NCBI GenBank assembly: GCA_951406725.2
Contig: OX597837.1
Span: 47,988,001-48,052,000 of the forward strand
Direction: 5' to 3'
DNA from: Octopus vulgaris
Taxonomy: Eukaryota
Length of the DNA: 64,000 nt
Every line of letters starts with the position of its first letter. The first letter of the stretch is position 1. A program made the translations under genes and the position numbers. Below, piece by piece: positions 16,100 to 29,811 of the stretch. The notes below the pieces were generated by a model. It saw only the letters and a list, made by a program, of their open reading frames with translations. It did not search any database and had not been told where the DNA came from.

Positions 16100-16557
16100 G
16101 CAAACACGCACACAAAATAGGCACCTAGGTGCAAAACAAGATGGAAAAAGTAGTACTTGAATATTAAAGGTAAAGTAAAATACTATTTTATTAAAATCGA
16201 CAAACTTTATAAATTTATGCAAAAGATATCATGTCCTTGATGTCCTCTTAGTTGAAGGGTGTCTACATCTGCTCATGATGAACATAGACACCTGAAACAA
16301 TAAAAGTGTTGCACAAACTATCAAGTTATGTTCACCTGTGAGGAATGGCTAAGCTGCCTGCATGCGTGTGTGTGTGTGTGAACTAAGAGACATAGCTGAG
16401 AGCGGTCAGTGGTTTGCACCTGAACAACAAAGGTATGTAGATCTAGGTGTGTTTTTATGCTGAGTCCCACTGGACAGCTCCCTGGGGCCTGTATCTTCTG
16501 CTATAGCCCTAGGCTCACTAAAGCTTTGTGAATAGATTTAGACAGAAGTTTCACTTT

Positions 16558-16871
16558 CACTTGTTTCAGTGATTAGACTGTGGCCATGCTGGGGCACCAC
16601 CTTGAAGAATTTTAATCAAACAAATTAATCCCCGTACTTATTTCTATTTTTTAATCTTGGTACTTATTCTAGCAATCTCTTTTGCCAAACTGCTAAGTCA
16701 TGGAGACAGTGGGGAAAACATGCATACACACATGACAAACTTCTTTCAGTTTCCGTGCTAACCAAATCCATTCACAAGGCTTTGGTCAGCCCTACGATAT
16801 AGTAGAAGACATTTGCCCAAGGTGCTATGCAGTGAGACTGAACCCGGAACCATGTGGTTGGGAAGCAAACT
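16558..16871 (-). mobile_element. SINE family B
   Basis: Reverse complement of the family B head (ttcccaaccacatggttccgggttcagt) and tail (ccagcatggccacagtctaat.actgaaacaag). Confidence 0.8.
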
Positions 16872-17207
16872 TAACATTGTGTGATTCTAGTAAAACCAAG
16901 CAGGACCATCTTGTATGTGTAGTGTTGTCCGTTTCCAATCTTGTGCGAAAACATTTTGGAAGCAGATGAAGGTTGGCAATGGGAATAACGATTTGAAACT
17001 TGACCAATGCCAACACACCATATAAAGTGGCTGAGAGAAGAACATAGAAAAGCTGCCTTAAACCTGGAAAAGTAGTTGTTAAAATACAAGGACTGTTATT
17101 ACTTTTCCAGAAGAGGGACCTGAGGTTGTGGTGATTTGCTGTAGTTGAGCTGACACATCAAAACAAGTAAGATTGCTGTCGTCCATAGAGACAAGCTTGT
17201 CCTTTAC

Positions 17208-17402
17208 AGATGCCAGTGCTGTGTAAATGCACCCAGCACACTCTGTAAAGTGGTTGGCATGTTAGGAAGGGCATCCAGCCTTAGAAAACATGCCACAACA
17301 GACAATTTGGCGTCTGGACATCTGTCCTGCTGGCCAGCTTCTTTCAAACCATCCACCCCATGCCAGTGTGGAAAACAGATGTTAAACAACTATGATGATG
17401 AT
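17208..17402 (+). mobile_element. Retroposon 3' end with (GAT)n tail (RTE-related SINE or 3'UTR)
   Basis: gtggttggc..ttaggaagggcatccagc...ccatgccag..tggaaaacagatgttaaa..gatgatgat; related antisense pieces at 2672-2703 and ~11530-11700. Confidence 0.55.
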
Positions 17403-17648
17403 AAGAGCCTGCTTCAGATGTGATTTGGATGAAGGTCCTTGTAGCAATGTGATGTGTTTGTGTTTTGGTAGCAAGTTCTACTTCATATTTAGAAAAGATA
17501 ACTAAATGTGTCCAGTCAAGAGATTTTCACATTGACTCCATCTTGTCTCATTCCAGCTTTAATATAAAATGAATTTTCTCTTTCAACTCATTTTGGTTGC
17601 AAAGTCAAATGTACTGGAAATGTTTTGTGATGTAAACGTAATTTCACT

Positions 17649-17793
17649 TGTACCTCAGTTAGCTGTTATAGGTACCTTGCTCTTACGTGTACCTCAGTTA
17701 GCTGTTATAGGTACCTTGCTCTTACGTGTACCTCAGTTAGCTGTTATAGGTACCTTGCTCTTACGTGTACCTCAGTCAGCTGTTATAGATACC
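17649..17793. repeat. 39-bp tandem repeat, three identical units plus a diverged partial fourth
   Basis: Unit tgtacctcagttagctgttataggtaccttgctcttacg repeated head to tail. Confidence 0.95.
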
Positions 17794-18842
17794 AGCTTGT
17801 ATTAATGTGTCTTAAACCCTGCTGAAGTTGGCTCTGCCTTTCATCTTTTCAGGGTTAATGAAGCACTTATTAGGGAGCTGCAATTAGCAGGATTATTTAA
17901 CTGTCAAATGAGATTTTGTTCCAGTTTTCCTCCCTTCTGAGAACCTTGATCTATTCTGGAGTCAGTCTTCAGACATCAGTATGAGTAGGGTTGCAGTGAA
18001 GTGAAATTAAGCACTGGGGAATAAACTTAGTCTGGTGTCTTTCCTTGCCAGGAACATTTTTATTTCACATCCAAAGAAGAGGCACTTGATTGATTTGAAG
18101 TCTTTTCACCAACACTCTGTCTCCTCCCTCTGCTGTTTTTACCACTACTACTACTGTAACCCCTGCTTTATTCCTCCACTCCCTTTCCACATTGTGTCCA
18201 TTAATCCAGGGCCTCTATTAACCACTCTTCCTCCCCACAATATCACCAATCTTTCCTCCCCACAATATCACCCCTCTGGAACTCCTCCTGCTGCTGTTCA
18301 CTTGTAAGCGATCTGAGGTAGGGACTGCAATGGCAATGAATTAACTCCACCACTTTGCTAGGATATTGCCGTATTTGAACTGAGATTGCAATGACCCACA
18401 TCAGATATCCCATGACATCTTGCCTGGTATTCTCACAGTTGCACCACCCAACTTTGGAGGTATAACCGACTTCAGTAGGATTTGAACTCACAACACTCAG
18501 AGATGGAATCATTTACTGCTAAGTAATCTGTCCAATACACTAACCCCTCGGCTAATTGGTCTTGAGGTGTGTGTGTGTTTGTATTTATGACTGTACCCAC
18601 CAGACTATCAGATGCTGTTATTAGACCAGGAGAGGCAGGCCAACATTCCTGCTGAACAGAAAATCAGTCCCTCATAGGGCGACACGTTTATGGATGAGTC
18701 AGTCGGAGCAAATAGGAAATGAAGGGTTTTGCTCAAGAACACATCAGCCTGGGAACTGAGACCCTGTGGTTATAATGCAACACACACACACACACACACA
18801 TACCAAAACACATTGTTTAGTGTGTGGATGTGTAATAAATAA

Positions 18843-18887
<45 letters not shown>

Positions 18888-18999
18888 TCTATTTATAGAT
18901 TTTAGTGTTTTCAGCTTAGATCTGCTTCCAAACAGACATAAACATGCTTAATCTAAGCTGTAGACATTCACATACTCCACTAATATAATATTGACTAGA

Positions 19000-19034
<35 letters not shown>

Positions 19035-19183
19035 CGTGTGTGTGTATAAATGTACACACACACACACATGCCTCCATACACACACTTCAGATTTCTTCAC
19101 CAGGTCTGCTGCATCACTTTGGTGCCCAATTTTAGCCTGGAATGTTCTGAATTCTTTGTAAAGTCTTGGCCTAACCTCCATCC

Positions 19184-19214
<31 letters not shown>

Positions 19215-19907
19215 ACTCTCTCATGTTGTCTTCTCTCTTCTCTCCCCACCTCTTAACACCATTTTATTGGACAAATCATAAAATATTTTTACACCACTCC
19301 CTCCTCCCCTTCTGCAGCTGTGTGTGTGTGTGTGTGTGCATGCAGTGTTGCAGTGGTGTGCTGTTGTATATTTGTGTGTGTGTGTGTAGCTGGTTGCTGT
19401 TGCAGTGTTAACTTTCATGGGTGTTGGTCATAACTGCTCCCCAACACCCCCAAGTTAATATCCAAGGAAGAGTTGGGGGTGGTGAGTGAAGTCATTTCAG
19501 TGAGATATTCCAGGCATGACCATCCTGTGTGTTTTCAATGGCAGAGCTATGTTACCTAATATCAAACTTCAATTATTCATCACAGTAGGTTAGTTGCTAT
19601 TTCTAGCAGGTCGAGCAACTATGGAGGAAGAGGGAGTGGGGAACATCCCTTGGTGGTTCAGAGTGGGTGTGGGGGTTGGCATGATTGTTTAGGGGGTGAA
19701 TGTGGGTGGTGGACAGGTGTAAATGGTCTCAGGTGTTTGGTTGTGTGTGTGTGTGTGTGTGTGTATTAATATATACATGTATGACAGTGTTGGGGGCGGG
19801 GGCTGTATTAGAGAAAGAAAGAAAGATTGTGTATGTGTGTGCGTAAGGGTGCAGTGTTAATCCTTGACTGGCAAATCGCTATCCTCTGCTGTTGTTTCTT
19901 TCTACAG

Positions 19908-19973
19908 GTTGTGAAGATAGTCCGGCCCAGTGAAACAGCTGGCCGATATGTAAGCTATCGCCTTGTGGTCTGA
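19908..19973 (+). CDS. POLR2E: RPB5 terminal coding exon [21 protein letters not shown]
   Basis: Polypyrimidine tract plus tacag acceptor; translation matches the RPB5 C-terminus ([20 protein letters not shown]); TGA at 19971-19973. Confidence 0.96.
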   Translation, partial: [21 protein letters not shown]

Positions 19974-20178
19974 TGAAGAGAGGGGAGAGGCACTTTATTC
20001 ACCATCACTCATCTCTATCAACGCCAACTGACCAACCCAGTGGAAAGGGAAATGGCTTCTCTCCTCTTCACTGCTTTCAACAATATTGTATTGTGACCGG
20101 CAGAGGGACATTGGCCTTGGTCTCTACTTCAGTCTTCTTTCACTCACATCATCATCATCATCATCATCAATGTTAGGC

Positions 20179-20184
20179 AATAAA
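20179..20184 (+). terminator. Candidate POLR2E polyadenylation signal AATAAA
   Basis: AATAAA ~205 nt after the stop, followed by T/GT-rich sequence. Confidence 0.6.
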
Positions 20185-21329
20185 TTTTCTTTAAAAAATT
20201 TTCTTAGTTGTTCTTTTTTTTTCTTTTTCTGTTATTTTTTTTTTCACTCTGTTTCAGACCCAAGGCAACAACCTTTGTAATTCTTCAGCTAATGTCTCTC
20301 ATTCAGCCTGGCTAGTGAGAACAATTAACATTCATTGTGTATATTATTGGTCTCTTCAAATATATAACCTTGTATGTGTGTGTGTATCATGTAAACCTTA
20401 CATATTGTCTCTCTAAATCTTATATTCTGTGTGTATGCATGTGTTTGTTTTATATTTGTTTCTTTCTGCTAACAAGTTAGCTGGATGCTCTTCCTGTTAC
20501 CAACCATTACCTCTTTTACAAATAAGAAATTTCTTTTTCATTCCACCATTTCAAGTGCTGAGTTATGTGATATAATGTTCACAGGGAATGTAAATATGAC
20601 AACACCAGCTTTTGTCCAAATACTCTCATCCAAGAAGAGACCACTTTCTCGTACACACACGCTTCCATGCAGTTTCTCCTAATTCCCCTCACAATGCATT
20701 GGCCAGATAAATTTAATGTAGTTGAACTATGGTTTTTGAACCCTCTACTATCAAAATTAAACAGATCTAAGCATATTTTGTTATACTCTTCTCACACTAA
20801 TAGATGGAAATTATACCAACATTTCATGATTTGTCGATTACTTTTTAGATGATGAGTGTGTCCCCTTCTCTCTACTACCGATACAATCGCTATTTAAGTC
20901 AGTCACAAACCAGATCTTAACTGTAATGGCTGAAGTAATTTGTATACATGTATTCATCAACAGTGTGTATAAATATAGACACCAACATACATTATAAAAT
21001 GGCAAGTTGTGATAGAATGTTTTAAAGTATTCATTTTGACTCTGCATTATAAGTTCAATTCCTGCCAAGATCATCTTAGCCTTTTATCCTATCGGGGTTG
21101 GGGAATTGCTGAGGTCGATTCTCCCCCGTGCCCTATCTCTTACACCAAGTAGGAAGTGGAAAATTGCAGAAAGGCTTACAAAAACGTAATCGGATTTAAG
21201 ATCCAACAGTTCTGAGCAAATCATGATGGAGAGAGGGCATATCAAAAAGCCTTCACCATCACCCTCGCCATTGTTGCAGAGTAGAGTTTTCAGGAATAAA
21301 TATTCTACCCGAAAGTCATAAAAGAGAAT

Positions 21330-21950
21330 GTTTTAATGCTAGCCCTGATACCCAACCTGTAATTGACAACACACCATGGAATAAATTGGAGCAAGATCTT
21401 GACAGGGTTCTCGCAGCTATATTAGCTGGACCAATCGAAAAGACAATCAAATGTTGGGACACTTTGGCTTTGAAGAGATGAAGGACTGAATAGGACCACC
21501 AGGAAATTAATCCAGTAGGAGAAGAGAAATTAAGACTCAATAAGCAATTTAAAAGAAATTTGTTGAAGGAAAAACATAAAAGATTTGACTGAAAACTTCG
21601 GTAACTGTAGCTGCTAAGAAGGGCAAAGAGGTTGTCAGATTGAAGGAATTAGAAGACTAAGCGAACTCGGTTAAGAAATGGACCTACAGAAATTTACAAA
21701 AATGCTGCTGATAGTTTGACCAGCGCCAAGGGACGTTATGGAAGAGTCCCTCAAAGTGATTTGAACTGAGACTCTTAGGGAGCAGATTTTAAGTGCACAT
21801 TCGGAGGTTAGCAGAGATATTAAGGAATCAGCAAGACGTATAGAAAGCTTCATCAGCATCTGCCCCAGGACCACGTGCGACACCTTGCGAATCGTACAAA
21901 ATATGCCTAATGCTACTCTGCAAACTGTAGAAACTTTTGTGAAAGATGTA
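21330..21950 (+). pseudogene. Degraded non-LTR retrotransposon ORF fragment (Hero/R2-like, region before the RT)
   Basis: Translations WNKLEQDLDRVLAAILAGPIEK, RRREIK and KASSASAPGP..PCESYKIC.MLLCKL resemble the recalled Hero motif KARSASAPGPSGIPYKVYKKCP; many stops. Confidence 0.55.
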
Positions 21951-22982
21951 GACGGCACTAGACACCATCCCACCATGGCCCTTTTCTTGACAGTGGTAAG
22001 GACCTGTCTTTTTACCTCTTTACTAAAAATTTTGTCTCTTCTCATTTTATCTTGAAGCCTCTGAATTCTAGATTGTTCTTCGAAATCTGAAATTGTATTC
22101 GTTAAATCTTCTACAGAAGCATGTCATTAACTTACGGACGATCTTAACTCTTCTGTTATAGCCTGAAGGACTAAATAGAGCGGGGTGGGGGTGAGAACTG
22201 GGCCTTCTATATGCAAGTTAGATTCGTTATTCTCCGTACATTTACGGCTCTCACAAGTTATTCGTTTTCATCGGGTCCATTATCAACCACCAAATGGCAG
22301 AAGGTCGATGACCTACTCTCGGTCGATGACTGCTAGATACAGGGGCTTACTCATAGTATTTCTCTTGAAGTCGTCTCACTGGGAAGATGGCATTAGCTTT
22401 CTGCTACAAAGCCACTCTGTATCATCTTGGTTAATTCTCTTCCAAATTAGTATTTGCTCATCAATAATGATGTGTCTGTTGTCTGTTGAATGCATTTCCT
22501 TTGTTCTTGTAGCACTTCACGATGATACTTGTACATCAGACATTAGCTGTGACACATTCCTGCCCTCCCTGATTACAAGTAACACGCACGAGCCGTACAT
22601 CCCGTCAACTCATTCTTCTTTGAACCTATGACTAGTCGAAGCCTCTTTCAGTTTCCTTATCTTCCTACTTCAGATTGTCTCTCGTCTTTATGTCTGTCCA
22701 GCTCTTATTCTCAAGTCGTTAATTATTTGTCTATATTTAATAACCCAGTCTTCAAAAGGAAACTACTTAGCCGCTACCTCGACCTTCCGCCCCGTTGTCT
22801 ATTGAAAATTGAGTCTTATGGCTTGTTTGTTCACCTGTTTGGTAGATCATAAAGTGGCGAGCAGACTTCCCGAAGTTACGATTGAAAATTACTTGGTCTT
22901 TTTCCATCACCGAAGCCCACCAGCCACGACCTCACCGTAGAGTCATCGGGATATTATGGATTCATTATGTCCTCTAAAATAG

Positions 22983-23210
22983 GGAGGCAAGCTGGCAGAA
23001 TCGTTAGCACGCCGGGTGAAATGCTTAGCGGTATTTCGTCTGCCGTTACGTTCTGAGTTCAAATTCCGCCGAGGTCGACTTTGCCTTTCATCCTTTCGGG
23101 GTCGATTAAATAAGTACCAGTTACGCACTGGGGCCGATGTTATCGACTTAATCCCTTTGTCCTTGTTTGTCCCTTCTATGTTTAGCCCCCTGTGGGCAAT
23201 AAAGAAATAT
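22983..23210 (+). mobile_element. tRNA-derived SINE family A, near full length
   Basis: A-box tggcagaatcg, B-box gagttcaaattcc, central ctttcatcctttcggggtcgat domain; closely similar to 53121-53351. Confidence 0.9.
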
Positions 23211-23329
23211 GTCCATTAAAATTACCCGCTGTGGTTATGATGTCCCATTCTTCGTTAACGAGGTCGTCTGCAGGAGGGCCTCAAAGAAGCGCTCCTTCTG
23301 TTTATCTGCCAGCTTTCATTGTTATACCG

Positions 23330-23476
23330 AGCTTTCAGTTTCCGTCTACCAAATCCACTCAAGGCTATATTCGGCCTGAGGCTATAATGGAAGACACTTG
23401 CCCAAGGTGCCATGCAGTGGGACTGAACCCGGAACCATGTGGGTGGGAAACATGGTGCTTACCACACAGCTACGCC
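23330..23476 (-). mobile_element. SINE family B, 5' half
   Basis: Reverse complement of gtgtggtaag...ggttccgggttcagtcccactgcatggcaccttgggcaagtgtc. Confidence 0.75.
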
Positions 23477-23492
23477 TCTCTCTCTCTCTCTT

Positions 23493-23569
<77 letters not shown>

Positions 23570-23905
23570 CCTCTCGTTCTCTCAAGAAATAACTGAAATC
23601 AAAACTAGAAACGAGAGACATTCTCAAACTGGAAGTACGTAAAATAGAAAAAGAAGCTGCATCCATTGCAGCATTCATCAGGAATGTTAATGCGCATGCG
23701 CCAAGCCAGTCTCGCCACCGTCGTCGCCACCGCCTCCCACCTCTTGTTAATCTCGTCTCTAACATAATGACTTTTGACAAATGTGACGTTTACGATGTGT
23801 CACTTCTTTGTTCTTGGTTGGAGACATTTGTTGGAGTAAATTTCAAGTGGAAAGCTTCTAGCATCTCTTTCATCTTTTTATCATCACTGCTTCACGCTGG
23901 ACAAG

Positions 23906-23954
<49 letters not shown>

Positions 23955-24719
23955 TTTCCCTCTCTCTCTCTCTCTATCAGCCACGCTTACCCCTTCTTAT
24001 TCATCTCTCTCTCCCCTCCCACTATCACTCTCCTGCGTGTATTCGTTTTTTTTGTAATTCTTCATTTCGTTAAGTGATTGTAAAACAACAGTAAAAATAA
24101 CGATAACGGTTCTAAAACCGTTTTCTTGGACAATGCCTTTAATTATGATTATGTCACCTCTCCTCCATCGTCAGTTCTTGGCTGGTTCTTTATTGTACCG
24201 ATCCGAAAAGAAAAATGCAAATTCATTTCTGGTGTGATCTAAACTTTGAAGTGTAGAAAGGCGAAACCAAATACTAATTTTACACAGATTTAGGGTGCAG
24301 AGTACAGTAGCTTAGACTGAGCTCCACCCACCTACCCATGGACCGATGACGAGATTTGAACTCAGAACGGTGACGAAACTACTGCAAAGTATTGTTTTGT
24401 TCAGTGTTTCTCCACTCCCATTGATGCTCCATTGCCTTTGAATGGGGGGGGGGGAGATTCATTTTAATCGTCTCTAACTTGAGTCTAAAGTCAGATATCT
24501 GAGAAGAGGGCGACGGACTTGTCAATTAAAGTCAACCTCGGTGCATAATTGGTATTTCAATGACTCCGGGAAGATGAAAGGCTAAGTCGACTTCGGCGGG
24601 AGTTCTTCTCAGAATCTAAAGAGAGAGAGAGAGAGAGGAAATACCGCAAGGTGTTTTGTCCAATCACAAAGGTTTAGAATTTATATATTACGTTAAAAGG
24701 GGGCGGTTGTCGTACAAGT

Positions 24720-25023
24720 GGAGGCACATGGCCTAGTGGTTAGAGCAGCGAACTCGCGGTCGAGGGATCGCGGGTTCGAATCTAAGACCGGGCGATGTGT
24801 GTGTGTTTATGAGCGAAACACCTAAGCTCCACGCGGCTCCGGCAGAAGGTAATGGCGAACTTCTGCTGACTCTTTCGCCACAACTTTCTCTCACTCTTTC
24901 CTCCTGCATCTTGCAGCTCATCTGCGAGGGACCGGCGTCCCGTCTAGGTGGGGAGCCTATACGCCAAGGAAACCGGGAAACCGGCCCTTATGGGCCAGAC
25001 ATGGCTCAAGAAAGAACAAACAA
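24720..25023 (+). mobile_element. tRNA-derived SINE of a separate family, near full length
   Basis: A-box TGGCCTAGTGG, B-box GGTTCGAATC, then a body and gaaaccgggaaaccggccc..tggctc tail; not a tRNA gene. Confidence 0.8.
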
Positions 25024-26632
25024 AGAAGGAAGGTTGACGTACAAGAAAGAAGTGGGACAGGGCTAGGTCGTTGTACAATGAGCATTTTGGTGTTTCTGCC
25101 CCTACGATGGAATAAAGCTCCGGAATGATCCGTCTATCTCAAGGGATCATAAGAATGCTGGCCCCACTTATCGTTCCCTGTTACTCCCCTCCACCCATGT
25201 TGCATTACAAAAGGGACGGCACATAAGGCAGTCAGTATCACTCCCATCAACCCTGCCTGTCACGCTTGTATTGACCCGTCGCCTGCAGTACAAGCCTATG
25301 TCTGCGTATTTACTTCACTATTTCTCCTTGCCATTCTTCCTTGAGTTCGGTGCTGAAAAGCAAGCATACTCTACCGAAAATCCTTCAGCACCCAATGACC
25401 AGCAGATTACTCCATACACCTGCCGGGTCCTCCTTCATGTCATCCTTTGGTGGCAAAATGCATCCCTATCTCTACTCGAGGCAGAATTATGGTTTGACTT
25501 TCTCCCTGTCCATTCTTGGACAAATTTTTCCAACACAGACTTCCCATAACCAAACTTGCTTCCCTGACTAGACCTTATCCACATTTCCCTCCTTGTATTT
25601 AGTATTTGTAAAGTTGTTATTGAGTCCTTGTTGCTATTTCCGTTGTTGTTGAGTCGTCAAAATCGCTCTTATTTGCATCAAAAACTAGAAATATCATAAG
25701 AGATCTTTTAAAATGTTTTGTGCTTTATTTTGCAATATTTTTTTCTTCGTTTTCTTTTTTGTGTGTTTTGTGCATCAGTAAAAACTTTTCGAAGAGCGGG
25801 GGTTATTTCTCAGGAACATATCGTATGGACGGTCAACTTACATTGAATAAATAGGTCCCTTCTTCTCCCTTTCAAACTTAAGTGGAAAAATATTAATAAC
25901 AAAACTGGTCACCTGTGAAACAAGTCAGGTGAATTGACAGGAAAAAAGTCGATTTGAGGGAGGGGGAGGTTCACAAAAAAAAAACATAATAATAATCCGG
26001 AATTGAAACTTGTAAAGCAATGTTGACACCGTAAAATAGGACGACGACGACGATTTCTTTATTAGCGACAAAGAACTCGCACGGACAATGCGCTGAACAT
26101 TAAAACTTAGCGATTTCAATACATTTGGAGCTGGACAAACTGAATTCTATAAAAATGGAGAAACGGTAAAAATGATATTAAATAAAACAGACTAAAGAAA
26201 ATTAATGAAATACAATGTAAAGATAAAAATATTAACACCCAATAATTAAAACAACCTTTAATATTGTGATGTACAAGAAAAACATTTGGGGGTCACTTCC
26301 CCTGCCCCCACACGGGTGAGAGCCCAGTGGTTAAGTTGGCTCAGAACACCCATCACACCCCATGACAACGCTGTGCTTCTTTCTGTTCAAGGACATGTTC
26401 GAGTGACTGAGGAGAATCCTTTGACGCTCAGATTCTGATTATGAAATGTGAGTTCGATTCCTGTAATGGGCGTCACATTAAGCTTTAACAGGGCCCATCA
26501 TTTCGTGTTGCTTCATTCTTCGCAGCCAAGCGCTGGTGCAACCCTCAGTCTTTCCTGGATATTCCGTTGAGTCAACCATGGAACGACTCAAAGAGATCCA
26601 ACGGGTTCCACCCCACCCCCACACACACACAT

Positions 26633-26918
26633 ATGGCTTAGTGGTTAGGGCAATCGGCTCACGATCGCAAGGTCATGAGTTCGATTCCCGGCGATGCGTT
26701 GTGTCCTTGAGCAAGACACTTTATTTCACATTGCTCCAGTCTACTCAGCTGGCAAAAATGAGTTGTACCTGTATTTCAAAGGGCCGGCCTTGTCACGCTG
26801 AGCCTCCCTGAGAATTACGTTAGGGGTTCACGTGTCTGTGGATTGTTCAGCCACTTGCACGTTAAGTTCACGAACAAGCTGTTCCGTTGATCGCATCAGC
26901 TGAGACACTCGTCGTCGT
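26633..26918 (+). mobile_element. tRNA-derived SINE family C
   Basis: tggcttagtggttaggg...gagttcgattccc + gtgtccttgagcaagacacttta; second copy at 43462. Confidence 0.85.
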
Positions 26919-26934
26919 ACACACACACACACAT

Positions 26935-26977
<43 letters not shown>

Positions 26978-28472
26978 TAACAAAAAGAAAACCTTTGCTG
27001 CAGCGTATCTAATTGGTGCTCTAAATGAGCGAGATATAACATAAATCAAAGTGTAGGTCAGATTCCTTTATCGTGGGAATACAAAATACATAAAAAAATT
27101 CATCGAAATATTTGGTTTCAAGCGCTCCAATATTACAATCCAAACAAAAGCAGTTTTTACAAAATTTTATGATTGTTTCGGAGAATGCGTTTGTATTGAG
27201 CGAATTTTCCAGCCAATACAAATAGTCGCATTTCCCACATCAGAGGGAAATAGTTTTAAATAGATTAAAATAGTTTTAAAATTTGAGAAAGTTTAAAATA
27301 TCTCCTACTCACATAACTTGAAATCATCGAATAATGTTATAGTCTTTTTTAAAAAAAAAAAAAAAAGTTCGCAAGGATATAGAAAAAAGCTTTGTGAAAT
27401 AAAAAAAAAAACGTTTGTGCGAATGAAAATAAAAATATTTGTCAAAATAAAATGATGGGTGCTATATCTGATAAGAGAAAGGAATGAAGACTGAAATATT
27501 CAAATATGAATGCGAAGCAGTCCTGGGGATATAAACAATGAACAGAAAGTATGTGTTTTGTCTGTTTGTGGGCAGGCTTCAATTGTAGGCGTAAGAGAGT
27601 ATATGTCTCATGAACCCGCCTGATATTAAAACACTTGCAAGTCATAGACGAATGATATAACTTGCATCAGGTCCTACTACAGGAGCGATAGGCATTAATG
27701 CTTCGTCATGTTTGTGACTCGTCAATACCGCAAACCCTAAACGAGGCCAGATGCAAGCTAAATCGACTCCTGTGACTATATGCAAAACGGTGTAAGAAGC
27801 ATTTGCCGGTATGTCCCAATGTTTCATATCGTATGTGTTCGATATTGTTGAAACGCAGCAGAAATAGTGTTTCTCTAACATTAAACTATTTACTGAACTG
27901 TTAATAGTATTTTAGACATTAAATTAGCACATTTTGTAATAAATTAGGAATCGTTTAGTTGGTAGATGTAATAGTTAACATTTACGGCATCTGTCTGCGA
28001 AGGAACTGCCTTTCGTGTCTATTCAGACGATACATCCCTCTTATCTGACACCACTTATTCTGCACTACGTCCTTACCAAACAAACTACACTACACCTATA
28101 CTTTAAATATATATACCACACTACAATGCACCGCATCGCTATCGCTGCTGTTCAATATGGTCACTGTTATTGTGCTGTGTCTGGGCGATAATATCTGACT
28201 CTGGCAACAAAACAGTTTGGGGCGATGAGAGAAACATCAGTCGACCATCACAAATATTCACAGCTGAGATGACGTCACAAGTTACAAAATCTCTGAAGGA
28301 AGACAAGGAATTGAGAGACAGACAGAAGGCACACGCCACGCACATGCACTTTGTTCGGCTGTAATAAGTGATTTAAAGGCCGAAAGTTTCGTTCATGACA
28401 TTTGTGATGCGCGAAGTTCTCTGCTCTTGACTTACGTAACCTTACAACTGAATTATAAATCGTTCTCTGCAT

Positions 28473-28690
28473 ATAAGAGAATGTACTGAAAAGTTCCTGG
28501 TTTGGGGTAAAATAAAATACAAGTGAATCAATTATGATTTTATTCAACACATTCCCTTCTCAGGTTCACACACTTATTTTTTCTTCAGTTTTTCTAAAGC
28601 TCTGTAAAAGAATTCGGATTGTTGGGCCTTCAACCAGGCCTTTCGCGAGCGACACCCTTAAAGTCAAGAACTTTTCGACACTCATTCGTA
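28473..28690. mobile_element. Degraded mariner-type MITE
   Basis: Imperfect TIRs gtactgaaaagttcctgg / caagaacttttcgacac..cgta. Confidence 0.5.
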
Positions 28691-29586
28691 TTTTATCATT
28701 AGACGTGCGAATGTTAAATGTAACATTGCAACATATTCCAGCCAATATATTTATTCGTTAAGTATAATATGTATGTATATTGGATGAGAGAGAGAGATTA
28801 AAGATGGGCAGTATAACGAGTGAAACATGGAAATTGTGAGAGAATCAGATATTCGAAAGTTGAGGATGAAGAGGGTTGATGGCAAAGGTGAAGACTGAAA
28901 GAAAATAGTGGACAGGAAGACAAAGTAGAGAATGAGAAAATATTGAGCTTGAGGCAGAGATGAGAAATAGTAAGCTAAGGAGAAAAATGAGAGGAAGAAG
29001 AAGGAAAAGAAGAGAAGTCATGAAGTAGAGACGAAAAAACATAGAGGGAAGATAGGCATAAAAGTAAACAGGAGAGAGATGGAGAGAGAGAGAGAGAGCG
29101 AAAGAAGTCAAAGAGACATTGAGCTCTGTGTAGAGGAAATGAAGCATTTACCGATTTGATGAAATGATCTAACCGGAAGTAGTTAGCTAGTCATTTGTCA
29201 GACGACACTATAAAGAAGCAGCAGACATTTTATCAAACGAACATGTGTAAATTTAACGAAAATCATTCTTTCATCTTTCCCTTTGTGTATTACTGCCTCT
29301 GTGTGTGTGTGTGTGTGTTTGGGTATACTCATATCAATAATAGTGATAATGATAACAACTACTACTACGATTATTACTCCCATAAAAATGACCAAAATTC
29401 GTGAAATGATTTCGACGTCTGCTAATATAATCAGTTTGACAGTTTCGTTCAGACATATTTCCTTAGAAATCTTTTTCATCTTTTTTTTTCTACTTTGTTT
29501 TTGTCTATCTATCTATCTATGTCTGTCTGTCTGTCTGTCTGTCTGCCCACTTGTCTGTCTGTCTGTCTATCTATCTGTCTATCTAC

Positions 29587-29716
<130 letters not shown>

Positions 29717-29811
29717 TTATGTATATAAGGATAAGATCGTTATTTAAAATATTGATCATATCAAGTGGTTAGCATGGGAATAAAAACCTCATGGGTAATG
29801 ATTATTATTAA

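Noticed and set aside
16245-16300. Hairpin ggtgtcta...tagacacc followed by GAAAC, resembling a hammerhead
   Set aside because: No CUGANGA core and no stem I/III; at best a decayed relic
17649-17793. CRISPR-like direct repeats
   Set aside because: Contiguous units with no spacers, eukaryotic context, no cas genes
19950-19955. GTAAGC as a splice donor making a 42-nt exon
   Set aside because: Reading through gives VSYRLVV*, which matches the conserved RPB5 C-terminus
24720-24792. tRNA gene
   Set aside because: Poor acceptor and anticodon stems, and it runs into a SINE body and tail
25100-25600. Possible CR1/L2 LINE 3' remnant
   Set aside because: Too degraded to support by eye
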